Positions 18,887 through 29,462 of a DNA stretch of 64,000 nt are shown in pieces. Location of the stretch: the IMG/VR virus record IMGVR_UViG_3300025840_000032, positions 457 to 64,456 of that record. The stretch is one strand, 5' to 3'. The position numbers and the translations under genes were made by a program. How positions within the stretch are numbered: the first letter of the stretch is position 1; every line of letters starts with the position of its first letter. The notes beneath the pieces are model-generated. The model was not told the DNA's origin. It saw only the letters and a list, made by a program, of their open reading frames with translations, and searched no databases. This stretch comes from a virus. Taxonomy: Duplodnaviria > Caudoviricetes.

Positions 18887-20329
18887 ATGACCAAGTTCAC
18901 ATACTGTAATAAAAAACGAGTAGGATTTTTAGTATCCGATCACTTCGATTTAATACGTGAACATTTTTCATACGAAAATACCGGGGCTGTTTTTGCTAGA
19001 AAACGTGGAGCATGGTATGCAAAATCTAGAAAATATGTAATAACACCAGGTGGTAAATTTGATGTTGGATTAACATTTGAAATTGCCAAATTTGTTCGTA
19101 AAGAGCTACCGGGAGAAGAAATTACATATGATGATTCAATTTTATCCCAACTTAAACCCCATATTTCGAACACTGACCTTGAATTATCATTACCTCTTCG
19201 TGATTACCAAAAAGAAATTGTTGATACATGTTTTAAATTTGGAAGAGGTACTGTAGTTTTAGCAACAGCTGGTGGTAAAACACTAGTAATGGCCAACTTA
19301 CTTGAACGATTATATAAAGCAACTAAAGACAAACCTACTTGGAAAGTATTATTAATGGTTCCGGATTTGGGGTTAGTAAATCAAACATACAATGACTTCA
19401 AAAAATATGGTTGTAGTTTTCAATACGGTAAATGGACTGGTAATTCCCCAGTAAATTTAGGAGACAATGTAATTATTGCAAATTTAGGAATACTTCAAAG
19501 CGGATGTAGTGATATTGAGTGGATTAAGTACATTGATGTATTGATAGTTGATGAAGTTCATAAAGTCCGGTGCAAAAATAAGGTTAATAAAATACTTAAA
19601 ACCATTGAAACACCAATTAAATTCGGATTTACCGGTACTCTCCCCGACACCAACGAAGATATATGGAACATATATGGGAAAATCGGTCCAAAAATATACG
19701 AGAAAGGTAGTTACGAATTACGACAAGAAAATTACGTGAGTAATTTGTTAATCCATGTTTTAAAGTTGGAATATCGACAAAAACCGTTTTATCCCGATGA
19801 AATCAACGATCCTGGTGAGCGATATAGGTTAGAATTTGATTTTTTGTTTACAAACACGTTCAGAAACAACATATTAAAGAAAATAACAACAGAAGTTAAC
19901 AATAACGTATTATTATTGGTTGACTACATTCGTCATGGAGAAGAATTATACAACGTATTAAAGGACAACGATCAAGGAAAGCAAGTATTTTTTATACAAG
20001 GTGATGTTGATGTAGAAGAACGAGAGAATGTTAAGCAACTTATTGAAACCAATGATAATATTATTTGTATAGCAATAAGTAAGATATTCAGTACAGGTAT
20101 TAGTATTAACAATTTACATTATATAATATTTGGTTCTGGAGGGAAGGCAAAGATCAAAATTTTACAATCAATAGGTCGTGGTTTACGATTACATAAGAAC
20201 AAAGAAAAGCTAGTAATATTTGACATAGCAGATCAACTTCGATACGGTAAGAGTCACGCGGACGGTCGTGCAAAACTATATGAAAAAGAAAAAATACCTG
20301 TTAAATATTCGACTATAACTCAAAAATAG
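18887..20329 (+). CDS. uvsW: SF2 DNA helicase UvsW
   Basis: LRDYQ, ATAGGKT, DEVH, GFTGT, QSIGRGLR. Confidence 0.92.
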   Translation: MTKFTYCNKKRVGFLVSDHFDLIREHFSYENTGAVFARKRGAWYAKSRKYVITPGGKFDVGLTFEIAKFVRKELPGEEITYDDSILSQLKPHISNTDLELSLPLRDYQKEIVDTCFKFGRGTVVLATAGGKTLVMANLLERLYKATKDKPTWKVLLMVPDLGLVNQTYNDFKKYGCSFQYGKWTGNSPVNLGDNVIIANLGILQSGCSDIEWIKYIDVLIVDEVHKVRCKNKVNKILKTIETPIKFGFTGTLPDTNEDIWNIYGKIGPKIYEKGSYELRQENYVSNLLIHVLKLEYRQKPFYPDEINDPGERYRLEFDFLFTNTFRNNILKKITTEVNNNVLLLVDYIRHGEELYNVLKDNDQGKQVFFIQGDVDVEERENVKQLIETNDNIICIAISKIFSTGISINNLHYIIFGSGGKAKIKILQSIGRGLRLHKNKEKLVIFDIADQLRYGKSHADGRAKLYEKEKIPVKYSTITQK

Positions 20330-20363
20330 TGGATTAAACTTAACCTGAATATACAATTAACAT

Positions 20364-20846
20364 ATGCAAGCTAAAAAGCCTAAAAACGGTAAAAAAATCA
20401 AACCCAAGAGTAAAGAACATTATGTAAATTCTGGTGAATTTAAAGCTGCAATCAAAGAATATTACCAAACTGATGAATGTTCAAATGAATTAGGAGAAAT
20501 GATAACTAAAATCGCTTATGGTTTAAGTTATGCTCCCAATTTTATGAATTATTCATTTAAGGATGAAATGATAGGTGATGCTATTGTAAAAATGTTTACA
20601 GCATTACACAATAAAAACTTTGATTTAGATGCAAGGGACAATAAAGGTAATAAATACAACCCATTTTCATATTTCACTACAATTGCATTCAGAGCATTTA
20701 TTAATAGGATTAAACGAGAGAAACGGCAATATGATGCTATTAATGAATATAAAGAGCGGGTATATGAAGATTTAATGAATAATGAAGAGGTAGAACAAAA
20801 AGTTTATGTTAGACCTCAACATGAAGAGGAAGAATTACAGTATTAA
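20364..20846 (+). CDS. gp55: late sigma factor gp55
   Basis: HYVN..EF, PNF.NY.FKDEMIGDA, NPFSYFT.IAF.AF..RI.REK. Confidence 0.92.
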   Translation: MQAKKPKNGKKIKPKSKEHYVNSGEFKAAIKEYYQTDECSNELGEMITKIAYGLSYAPNFMNYSFKDEMIGDAIVKMFTALHNKNFDLDARDNKGNKYNPFSYFTTIAFRAFINRIKREKRQYDAINEYKERVYEDLMNNEEVEQKVYVRPQHEEEELQY

Positions 20847-20858
20847 TAAATACTAATA

Positions 20859-21482
20859 GTGGAATTCAACCAATTAGTAAAATTACTTGAACAAGACGAA
20901 TCAATCTTCAAACCAAGAAAGACTGAAGGTAGAAGAGAACGGTTTAATCAAATAATTCAACGTCAAATACAAGACTATATCAAGAACGGATCTAAAGGTG
21001 ATTTAAGTTTACCCGGAACACCAATTACATCGTTACCAGATAATTTAAAGTATGTAGGTGGTATTTTAGACCTTTCGAATACATTAATTACATCATTACC
21101 TGCTGGATTAAAGGTTGGTGGTTGTTGTTTAGATCTTTCACGTACACCAATTACAACGTTACCGGATAATTTAACGGTTGTTGGAAATTTATATGTTGAT
21201 CGTACGCAAATTACATCATTACCGGGTAATTTAAAGGTTGGTGGTTTATATATTCACGACACACAAATTGCATCATTACCAGACAATTTATCGGTTGATG
21301 AATTGGATGCTCATTCAACTCTAATACAGGAATTCCCGGATAGTTTGAAAATTAGAAATTGGCTAGATATCAGAAACACACCACTAGCAGAAAAATATAG
21401 AAAAGGTGTATTAACACTAGCTCAAAGATTAGAACAATTTAAAAAAACATACCCGGGAGTTAATGGGCAGATTTACCTATGA
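20859..21482 (+). CDS. leucine-rich repeat protein 1
   Basis: Repeats of I.SLP.NL.V.G.L.L..T; LLEQDESIFKPR leader; ATAAATA 6 nt upstream. Confidence 0.85.
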   Translation: MEFNQLVKLLEQDESIFKPRKTEGRRERFNQIIQRQIQDYIKNGSKGDLSLPGTPITSLPDNLKYVGGILDLSNTLITSLPAGLKVGGCCLDLSRTPITTLPDNLTVVGNLYVDRTQITSLPGNLKVGGLYIHDTQIASLPDNLSVDELDAHSTLIQEFPDSLKIRNWLDIRNTPLAEKYRKGVLTLAQRLEQFKKTYPGVNGQIYL

Positions 21483-22198
21483 AATTTCAAGATTTAACAA
21501 CATTACTTGAACAAGATGAATCGATCTTTAAGCCAAGACGGGTTGAAGATCGACTAGAACGTCAACAGCAAGAACAACTACGGCAAGTGTATGACTATAT
21601 TAAGAACGGTTCTAGAGGTGATTTAGATTTAAGAAAAACCGTACTTACCACTTTACCAGAAGGGTTACATATAGGCGACAGTTTAATGTTATTGGGATCA
21701 AAAATCACACACTTACCGGATGATATTAAAATTAATGGTGTGTTATATTTAGCAAAATCACAAATTACACGTTTGCCGGATAATTTAAAAATAGATGATT
21801 TGGTGTTATCTATGACACAAAATATTACTCAACTACCTCGTGGATTATCAGTTAATCGGAGAATTTTATGCGATTATTCACGCATAACATATATTCCTGA
21901 TGATATACAGGTGGGTGAAGAGCTGAATTTGATGAAAACACCGATTGAACATCTCCCGGATAATTTAACAGTAGATAAACTGAATATCAATTACACAAGA
22001 ATTAAATCTTTACCTAACAATTTAACAGCGGATTTTGTTTCAGCTAGTATGAGTTATATCAACCATATACCACCGAACAATAAAATTAAAAGGTTAATTA
22101 TCTATAACACTTTATTAAGTAAAGACCCAGATATAATGTCTGCTAGAAGTGGTGAACACAACCCTAAATATCCAAATATTGGTACAATATATTATTAA
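21479..22198 (+). CDS. leucine-rich repeat protein 2
   Basis: Same repeat and leader; ATGA-coupled to LRR1. Confidence 0.85.
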   Translation: MKFQDLTTLLEQDESIFKPRRVEDRLERQQQEQLRQVYDYIKNGSRGDLDLRKTVLTTLPEGLHIGDSLMLLGSKITHLPDDIKINGVLYLAKSQITRLPDNLKIDDLVLSMTQNITQLPRGLSVNRRILCDYSRITYIPDDIQVGEELNLMKTPIEHLPDNLTVDKLNINYTRIKSLPNNLTADFVSASMSYINHIPPNNKIKRLIIYNTLLSKDPDIMSARSGEHNPKYPNIGTIYY

Positions 22199-23205
22199 TA
22201 TTTTTTGACCACATTCCAAACCTTATAAAACAACAGCTTACTTTTACGTTCTTCGTTTAAATCTCCAAAATCAACAAACCCAGGATCTTGTTCTGAATCA
22301 TGAGGCCATTCTTCGAAATGAATACAATAGTGGTTCCTTAATTTATAGTAAGCACTTAATATAATTTCTTCTGTGAAAAAATCTGTATGTGGAGGGTGCA
22401 CACTAGATAATAACACCAAAGCATGTTCATAAAAATCAATTAATGCATCAAACTCCGATGGGTGTATACCAATAACACCACCAACTAATTGTTCGGTCAT
22501 ATCCGTATCTTCGTATTTCATCCCATACTTATCTTCTAATAATCTCCGTAATAACTGGACATGACTTGTATGATACCAAATATTTCCATGTTTAAATTGG
22601 ATAAGTTTATGGTCGGATATTAATCGATCTAATCCTGGACCTATTTCTGGTGTGTATATATTATTTGGATTTAAAGGGTAATAGTGGGTTTTATCAAAGA
22701 AATTATTAATTTCCACACCACCTTTTGTGTATGGTGTTAATGACCAATGAGTAATACCAGCATCAACCCAGCAAAAATTATCGGTATTATATGGATTAAA
22801 ATGCGCTGTATTCTTAAGAAAATAGATTTTTTGATGGCACAATATTTCACATCTAGTATGGAACAATCCCGGTTCATTAGGATTTGTTTTCCGGATTTCT
22901 TCAATTTGGTCTTTAAAGTACTTGATGCATCGTTGGCGATGTGATAATATATTATCAGCATATTTGAAATCACCTAATTCAGACACAATAACTGACCATT
23001 TTTGTTGTTCTCCTAACGTATCCAAATATTCTAAATATGCTTTAATCTTATGGTAACCCGAACCACTACAATAAATTACCATTGGCAATCCAAAGTTATA
23101 TAAGTTTTGTAATGAAGAAAAATAATATTGTTCATGCCAATCACGACCACCAAATTTGCCTTCGCGTTCTCCATGATATATTGCAGTGACTAATGTTGTA
23201 CTCAT
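22195..23205 (-). CDS. HtrL/WlaTC-like putative glycosyltransferase
   Basis: TTLVTAIY, K..FL......NPY.TD.F.WVDAG, GGV.G, TEE.IL motifs; TAAATA upstream. Confidence 0.65.
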   Translation of the reverse strand: MSTTLVTAIYHGEREGKFGGRDWHEQYYFSSLQNLYNFGLPMVIYCSGSGYHKIKAYLEYLDTLGEQQKWSVIVSELGDFKYADNILSHRQRCIKYFKDQIEEIRKTNPNEPGLFHTRCEILCHQKIYFLKNTAHFNPYNTDNFCWVDAGITHWSLTPYTKGGVEINNFFDKTHYYPLNPNNIYTPEIGPGLDRLISDHKLIQFKHGNIWYHTSHVQLLRRLLEDKYGMKYEDTDMTEQLVGGVIGIHPSEFDALIDFYEHALVLLSSVHPPHTDFFTEEIILSAYYKLRNHYCIHFEEWPHDSEQDPGFVDFGDLNEERKSKLLFYKVWNVVKKY

Positions 23206-23256
23206 CAATAACCTATTTAGCGTATATTAATTAAGAATCTACCATAAATAATCATA

Positions 23257-23856
23257 GTGAAATTTCAAGACTTAACAACATTACTTGAACAAGATGAATC
23301 GATCTTCATACCAAGAAATCTAGACACCCGGCAAGATCGTTATGAGCAACAAATTCAACAGCAAATTCAACACTACATTAAAAATGGGTCTAAGGGGAAA
23401 TTATATTTATCCTATAAACCAATTAAATCGTTACCAGATAATTTAAAGTATGTAGGTGGTACTTTATATCTCGTCAAAACCAAAATTAAATCACTACCGG
23501 AAAATTTGACAGTTAGGGGTAATTTAGAGCTAGACGGAACACAAATTGAATCATTACCAGCTGGGTTAAAAGTTTATGGAGCATTATTTATGAACTTCAC
23601 TCACCTTAAATCATTACCACCGGGATTTGAAATAGGTAACGGATTATATATCAAACATACACCAATTACGTCATTACCAGCTGGTCTAAGGGTTGGAGGT
23701 AATTTCGACCTTCGGGGATCACAAATTGAATCATTACCAGCTGATTTATATGTTAGAAACTGGTTAGATATCAAGGATACACCACTAGCAAAAAAATACA
23801 CGGTAGAACAATTAAAAAAGATGTTACCTGACGTTGGAGGGGAAATATATATATGA
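23257..23856 (+). CDS. leucine-rich repeat protein 3
   Basis: Same repeat and leader; CATAAATA 6 nt upstream of GTG. Confidence 0.85.
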   Translation: MKFQDLTTLLEQDESIFIPRNLDTRQDRYEQQIQQQIQHYIKNGSKGKLYLSYKPIKSLPDNLKYVGGTLYLVKTKIKSLPENLTVRGNLELDGTQIESLPAGLKVYGALFMNFTHLKSLPPGFEIGNGLYIKHTPITSLPAGLRVGGNFDLRGSQIESLPADLYVRNWLDIKDTPLAKKYTVEQLKKMLPDVGGEIYI

Positions 23857-24331
23857 AATTTCAAGACTTAACAACATTACTTGAACAAGATGAATCTATC
23901 TTCAAACCGAGAAGGATACAAGACCGGGATGAAAGACATGAAAACTTAATACAGCAAAGAATTCAAGAATATATCAAAGGTGGTTCAATTGACCATTTGG
24001 TTTTAGCTCATCAGAATATTAAATCATTACCGGATAATCTTAAAAAAGTTGGAGGGTGGTTAATGTTGTCTTACAGTCAAATAAAATCATTACCAGAAGG
24101 ATTACATGTTGTAGGTGCATTAGTTTTATCTGATACTCAAATTGAATCATTGCCAAAGGGGTTGAAAGTTGGTGGTCATTATTTTTAGATTATAGTCTAA
24201 TTAAAACACTTCCGGAAGATATACGAGTTGGAGGTAATGTGGTAGCTGACAATACACCTCTTTCGCAAATCTATAATGTAAAACAACTACGACAGATGTG
24301 CCCGGGTATTAAAGGTAAAATATATTTATGA
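23853..24331 (+). pseudogene. leucine-rich repeat protein 4, frameshifted
   Basis: Frame stops at 24188, but the LRR text (SLFLDYSLIKTLPEDIRVGG...PGIKGKIYL*) continues in another frame to TGA 24331. Confidence 0.75.
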
Positions 24332-24380
24332 AATTTACACATGAGTTGAATATTAATGTTCAACCACTATACTACTAGTA

Positions 24381-25436
24381 GTGAAACAGCCTCATTTTAA
24401 ACAATCGAAAATTTGTTGTATTTCAGATATACATCTTGGAGTACACCAAAATAGTGCTAATTGGCATAAAATTTTATTAGATTGGACAAGATGGTTAAAT
24501 ACCGAACTAAAAAGTCATGGTATCCAAGATATTATGATTAGTGGCGATCTATTCCACTCTAGAAATGAAATAGCTGTCAATAGTTTACATGTTGCAACAG
24601 AATTTTTACAAATACTCCAAGATTATAACATTGTTATGATCACCGGGAATCATGATTGTTATTATAAAGACAACAGTTTAATTAATTCTCTATCGATTCT
24701 CAAAGGATGGTCTAATATCACTGTATTAGATACACCATATGATGATATATTTTTCGGAACACACATACAATTTGCTCCGTGGGGAACACAGATTAAGGAT
24801 ATAACCAAATGTGATTTAATTTTTGGTCATTTTGAATTGATTGATTTTAAAATGAACAACTTTAAAGTTTGTGATCATGGTGATGATCCAACATCTTTAT
24901 TACAAAAAGCTAGAAAAATCATAACTGGTCACTTCCATTTAAGAGAACACAGAAAATATAGTGAAGGTGAAGTGATATATCTTGGCAATCCCTATCAAAT
25001 GGACTTTGGAGATGCAGGGAGCACAAAGGGTTGGTATGAATTAGATATACAAACGTTAAAAACAGTATTTCATGAGAATACCATTTCTCCGAAACATATT
25101 AAACTACCAATAAGTCGGTTAATTACATATGACCCAGGAAATTCACAGTTAACTAACCTAATTAAAGATAATATTGTTAAATTAGTTGTTGATAAGAACG
25201 TTGAATCAGATGATTTAGATATTTTAACAACATATATCAATAGTTTAAAGCCATATATCTACAATGTTGATTATGATATAAACTACAATAAATTTACAGT
25301 AGATGAGCTTGACTATCAATATTCTGGTGTTGATTATGAAACAGCAATAACAGATTTTGTTGAAATGTTACAAATCAACAATAAAAAAGAAGTCATCGAC
25401 TACACAATTAATCTATATAAATCATGCATAACGTAG
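24381..25436 (+). CDS. gp47: recombination endonuclease subunit (Mre11/SbcD-like)
   Basis: SDIHLG, GDLF, GNHD, GHFE, GHFH metallophosphoesterase motifs. Confidence 0.92.
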   Translation: MKQPHFKQSKICCISDIHLGVHQNSANWHKILLDWTRWLNTELKSHGIQDIMISGDLFHSRNEIAVNSLHVATEFLQILQDYNIVMITGNHDCYYKDNSLINSLSILKGWSNITVLDTPYDDIFFGTHIQFAPWGTQIKDITKCDLIFGHFELIDFKMNNFKVCDHGDDPTSLLQKARKIITGHFHLREHRKYSEGEVIYLGNPYQMDFGDAGSTKGWYELDIQTLKTVFHENTISPKHIKLPISRLITYDPGNSQLTNLIKDNIVKLVVDKNVESDDLDILTTYINSLKPYIYNVDYDINYNKFTVDELDYQYSGVDYETAITDFVEMLQINNKKEVIDYTINLYKSCIT

Positions 25437-26218
25437 GAATTGTATTATATACAACAGGTATCAATGAAAAAAATCTTAAAACATCACTGAAATCTTTTAA
25501 TCATATTAAAGATAATGTGGTAATTATAAGTGACGGTGAATTGGTTAATAAAGAACTGGTTAAAGGATATAACTTTAAAGAATTTAAACGGTGTTTATAT
25601 CCATCTGCATGTTATAACTATGGAATTCGCGAACATCTTAAGAATGACAACATTGAATACATTTTCATCATTAATGATAATATTTCTATATTAGATGATT
25701 CCGTTTACACAGATTATATTAACGCAGCAAAACAAACAAACATAGGTTTATTTGTATCTTGTACTAATGAAGACGACCCATATGGTAAATCCGACAATTT
25801 ACGGTTAACTATCGCTATTAAAGACGGGTATAGTCTAACTTTAAACAAAGGATTCAACGGTAATTTAATTATGCTCAACAAAAAAACAATTGAACTAGCT
25901 GGATTTTTTGATGAGAGATATAAAGGAGCATTTGAAGTAGGAGATTATTACAAAAAATGTTCAGATGTTGGTATAACTGTACCATATGGCTGGTTTGTTG
26001 ATGTTAAAAATGTTGAGGATAATTTATTGTATCAAACAAATCTTCCAACCAAAACCCATGAAACAATGAATCAACAGACCCTTGAAGATCGTATGATTCG
26101 TGGCATGAAAGTATTTCATATGAAGTATAAAGCTCAATTTAACGAGTTACTTAACATATACACAGCAAATGATGTTATATCTAAAATAAAATCGCTTGCA
26201 AGTAGATCTTTTGAGTAA
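25424..26218 (+). CDS. GT2-like glycosyltransferase
   Basis: YNYGI, YIFIINDN, GFFDERY..AFE..DY. Confidence 0.65.
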   Translation: MHNVGIVLYTTGINEKNLKTSLKSFNHIKDNVVIISDGELVNKELVKGYNFKEFKRCLYPSACYNYGIREHLKNDNIEYIFIINDNISILDDSVYTDYINAAKQTNIGLFVSCTNEDDPYGKSDNLRLTIAIKDGYSLTLNKGFNGNLIMLNKKTIELAGFFDERYKGAFEVGDYYKKCSDVGITVPYGWFVDVKNVEDNLLYQTNLPTKTHETMNQQTLEDRMIRGMKVFHMKYKAQFNELLNIYTANDVISKIKSLASRSFE

Positions 26219-26238
26219 TGTTATTACAATCTTGATAT

Positions 26239-28044
26239 ATGAAGCAGGTTGTATTTAAAGATATTGAAATACAAAATTTTTTATCTGTTGGTGATGAACC
26301 GGTACGAGTAGATTTTCGTCCGGGATTCCATATTATAACAGGTATTAATAGGGATAAACAAGACCGGAGAAATGGTATTGGGAAATCAACGATATCGGAT
26401 GGAATTTATTTTGCAATTTTCGGAACTACCCTTCGTGAACTTAAAAAAGATTTAATTCCCAATAATATCACTAACAATACATGTAAAGTACAATTAAGAT
26501 TTAATGTAATTACAGAACAATCTGTTGATTCTTATACAATTGTCCGGACTTTAACACCAACAAAGTGTTATATTTACAAAAACGACGTAGATATAACACG
26601 CGATTCAATTGGTAACAACACAAATTACATTCAAGATTTAATTAAATGTACTGGAGAAGTATTTCAAAACACGGTAATTATGACCGTAAATAATACTGTT
26701 CCTTTCATGGCTAAAAGAAAGGTTGAGAAACGTAAATTCATTGAAGGTATTTTCAATCTAGAAATTTTTAGTGAAATGATTGCAAATTTACGGGTTGATA
26801 GTAATGAAACAAAGAAAATGTTTGATATTGAAAGTACTGTGTATACAGAAGCCAACAATGTCTTAACAAACTATAAAAATCAACACGAAAATGTCTTGCA
26901 GGATAGGAGAGATAAACTACAAAAATATAAAGCCCGGCAAGAAACCAATAAACAAACATTAGCTGAACTTCAATCTAAATTACAATCAATAAGTCACGAC
27001 ATTATCGATGAAAATATTTTAACAATATCCAAGCTAGAAAGTAAAATACCAGAGCTTAACACCAAACGAGATGCATGTTTAAAACAAATTACAATCTTAG
27101 ATATTAAAACTCAAGATATTCAAAAGAAATTTAACAATATCAATGCCGGTCTTGGGCAAGAATGTCCGGTATGCTTACATGTAAGTGATGTAGATGACAT
27201 TTTGGTTATTGATAAAGAAAAAGAGAATTTACAATCGAAGATTAAATCAAACACTGCTACTAAACAAAAGCTTGAAACTGCTGTAGATAAAATTGATGCA
27301 GGAATCACCAAAGTTAACTTAATGATTAGTAAAATTCGAACAAAGAACGATAAAGTTATTAGTCAAATAAACAATCAAAAGTTAATACAACAAAAGGTCA
27401 ATCAATTAATTGAATGGCAAGAACAATTAAAAACGGATATTACGGAACTAAAAACCACCGATACCGGTCTCGAACAATTGATTATTGATTATACGGAAAA
27501 AACACAGACTAGCCGTCTTAATCTCGAAAAAGTTAAAAACAAAATCAACATGTTAGATGTTGTAAAATACGTTGTATCTGAAGAAGGTGTTAAATCATAT
27601 ATTGTTAAGAAAATGCTAGCATTATTTAACAGTAGATTATCACATTACTTGAAAAAAATGGATAGTAATTGTATCTGTATATTCAACGAATACTTCGAAG
27701 AACAAATAATTAACGAAAAGGGGAAGATTTGTTCATATTTCAATTTTTCTGGAGCAGAACGTAAAAATATTGATTTAGCATGTCTATTTGCTTTTATGGA
27801 TATTAGGAGATTGCAAGGAGATGTAACGTTTAATTTCAGTCTATATGATGAATTATTTGATAGTAGTTTAGATGAACGTGGTGTTGAGTTAGTAAGTAAC
27901 ATCCTCAAAGAACGTGTTGATCAATATAATGAATCGGTCATGGTAATTAGTCATCGAAAAGAGAGTGTTAAAGCAGCTCAAGGAGACGTCATTTATCTAG
28001 AAAAAATCAACGGTATCACTAGAAGAATTAATGCACCAGAGTAA
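26239..28044 (+). CDS. gp46: recombination ATPase subunit (Rad50/SbcC-like)
   Basis: NFLSVG, NGIGKST, CPVC hook, FSGAE, DELFDSSLD, ISH. Confidence 0.93.
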   Translation: MKQVVFKDIEIQNFLSVGDEPVRVDFRPGFHIITGINRDKQDRRNGIGKSTISDGIYFAIFGTTLRELKKDLIPNNITNNTCKVQLRFNVITEQSVDSYTIVRTLTPTKCYIYKNDVDITRDSIGNNTNYIQDLIKCTGEVFQNTVIMTVNNTVPFMAKRKVEKRKFIEGIFNLEIFSEMIANLRVDSNETKKMFDIESTVYTEANNVLTNYKNQHENVLQDRRDKLQKYKARQETNKQTLAELQSKLQSISHDIIDENILTISKLESKIPELNTKRDACLKQITILDIKTQDIQKKFNNINAGLGQECPVCLHVSDVDDILVIDKEKENLQSKIKSNTATKQKLETAVDKIDAGITKVNLMISKIRTKNDKVISQINNQKLIQQKVNQLIEWQEQLKTDITELKTTDTGLEQLIIDYTEKTQTSRLNLEKVKNKINMLDVVKYVVSEEGVKSYIVKKMLALFNSRLSHYLKKMDSNCICIFNEYFEEQIINEKGKICSYFNFSGAERKNIDLACLFAFMDIRRLQGDVTFNFSLYDELFDSSLDERGVELVSNILKERVDQYNESVMVISHRKESVKAAQGDVIYLEKINGITRRINAPE

Positions 28045-28053
28045 ATAATAATA

Positions 28054-29259
28054 ATGTTTACAGGTCAACCGCCATATGCAAATTCACCATTCGGTACACA
28101 ATTTAATTCACCGTTTGGAGCTCCTATACAAATTCACCAAACACCACCAAAACAACCTCAAAAATCTGGTCTCCCAAGATTTTTGAATTATGCAGCTGAC
28201 TTTGGTGGTTGCGCTTTTTGGAGGATGTTGTGGCCTGAGTCGTTACTCAACTCGAATGATAAGTGTATTGTGCATACATCTACTGTAATGCATAAGGATG
28301 CTAACTTTTTTAGACATTTTCAAGCTATAAAATTTCAACGACAAGCAGCTCCACATCAACGTGAATTTATTAAGTTTGTTAAAAATATATCCAATCAATT
28401 AGGTATCCGGTTAATTTACGAAATCGATGATATCCCGTTTAGAGAAGATATACCACATTACAATAAACATAAACCATCTTTTTCATCGGATGAAATAAGA
28501 CAGAGTGTTCAAGAAATTATGGAAATATGTGGCAATATGTCAGTTACATGTAATTTCATGAAAGAATATTTTCAAAGTAAATTAGATCCAAACGTTAAAA
28601 TTGATGTGATACCAAATTATATTCCAAAATTTTGGATAGGTAATTTTTACAATCAAGATCAAATTCAAAATAACTATGAACGATCAAAACAAAGACCACG
28701 GGTATGTTGGTCTGGATCTGGAGCTCATTTTGATGTTGATCGTCGAATTAAAGGTAAAGATGATTTTTATCATATTAATGATGTTGTTAGAAAAACAGTA
28801 AACGACTTTAGATGGGTATTTTATGGTGGTATATCCCATGAATTGGTTGATTTGGTTCGGTCTGGGAAAGTTGAATATGTGCCGTGGGCTAATTTATATG
28901 AATATCCAGGAAAGCTACATGGTTTGAATATCAATATGTTTATTGCACCACTATCAGATAACAATTTCAACAAATCAAAAAGTGACTTAAAATATCTCGA
29001 AGCGTCTGCATTAGGTATACCAATTGCATGTCAAGATTTATGTACGTATGAAAACGCTCCAATTAAGTTTAAAACTGGAGATGAGATGATTGACCGAATT
29101 AAAGAAACCTTAAAAGATGAAAGACAATATATTAAACAATCTGTCCATGCAAGAAAATTTGCTGAAACCAGATTTTTAGAAACCGAAACCAATTACATGA
29201 AATTTTACGACAATTATATGTATGCAAAAGGATCACCGGAGAGAAAATATTTGAAATGA
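28054..29259 (+). CDS. GT-B glycosyltransferase
   Basis: GCAFWR..WP, YEIDD, IAPL.DN.FN..KSDLK.LEA.ALG.P; TAAATA 6 nt upstream. Confidence 0.75.
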   Translation: MFTGQPPYANSPFGTQFNSPFGAPIQIHQTPPKQPQKSGLPRFLNYAADFGGCAFWRMLWPESLLNSNDKCIVHTSTVMHKDANFFRHFQAIKFQRQAAPHQREFIKFVKNISNQLGIRLIYEIDDIPFREDIPHYNKHKPSFSSDEIRQSVQEIMEICGNMSVTCNFMKEYFQSKLDPNVKIDVIPNYIPKFWIGNFYNQDQIQNNYERSKQRPRVCWSGSGAHFDVDRRIKGKDDFYHINDVVRKTVNDFRWVFYGGISHELVDLVRSGKVEYVPWANLYEYPGKLHGLNINMFIAPLSDNNFNKSKSDLKYLEASALGIPIACQDLCTYENAPIKFKTGDEMIDRIKETLKDERQYIKQSVHARKFAETRFLETETNYMKFYDNYMYAKGSPERKYLK

Positions 29260-29432
29260 AAGATTTATTTTTTACATACGATATAGACGGGTATACAAAA
29301 GCAAAAGAATGGATTAAACAGTATAATCTCGAAAATGAGATAGAAGAGGCCATTAATGAACAAAATGGTCCTGTTAATTCATACACATATGTGGCTTTGG
29401 CTAATAGTTTACGTATTCGAAAAACATGTTGA
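29256..29432 (+). CDS. small hypothetical protein (58 aa, below the track cutoff)
   Basis: MKDLFFTYDIDG...RIRKTC*; ATGA-coupled to upstream gene and fills the gap before the polymerase. Confidence 0.55.
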   Translation: MKDLFFTYDIDGYTKAKEWIKQYNLENEIEEAINEQNGPVNSYTYVALANSLRIRKTC

Positions 29433-29462
29433 TGTTTTGTAGCATGTTAATATATTAATTGC

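Noticed and set aside
20859-24331. Diversity-generating retroelement acting on LRR genes
   Set aside because: No reverse transcriptase in the window and no template/variable repeat pair differing only at adenines was seen
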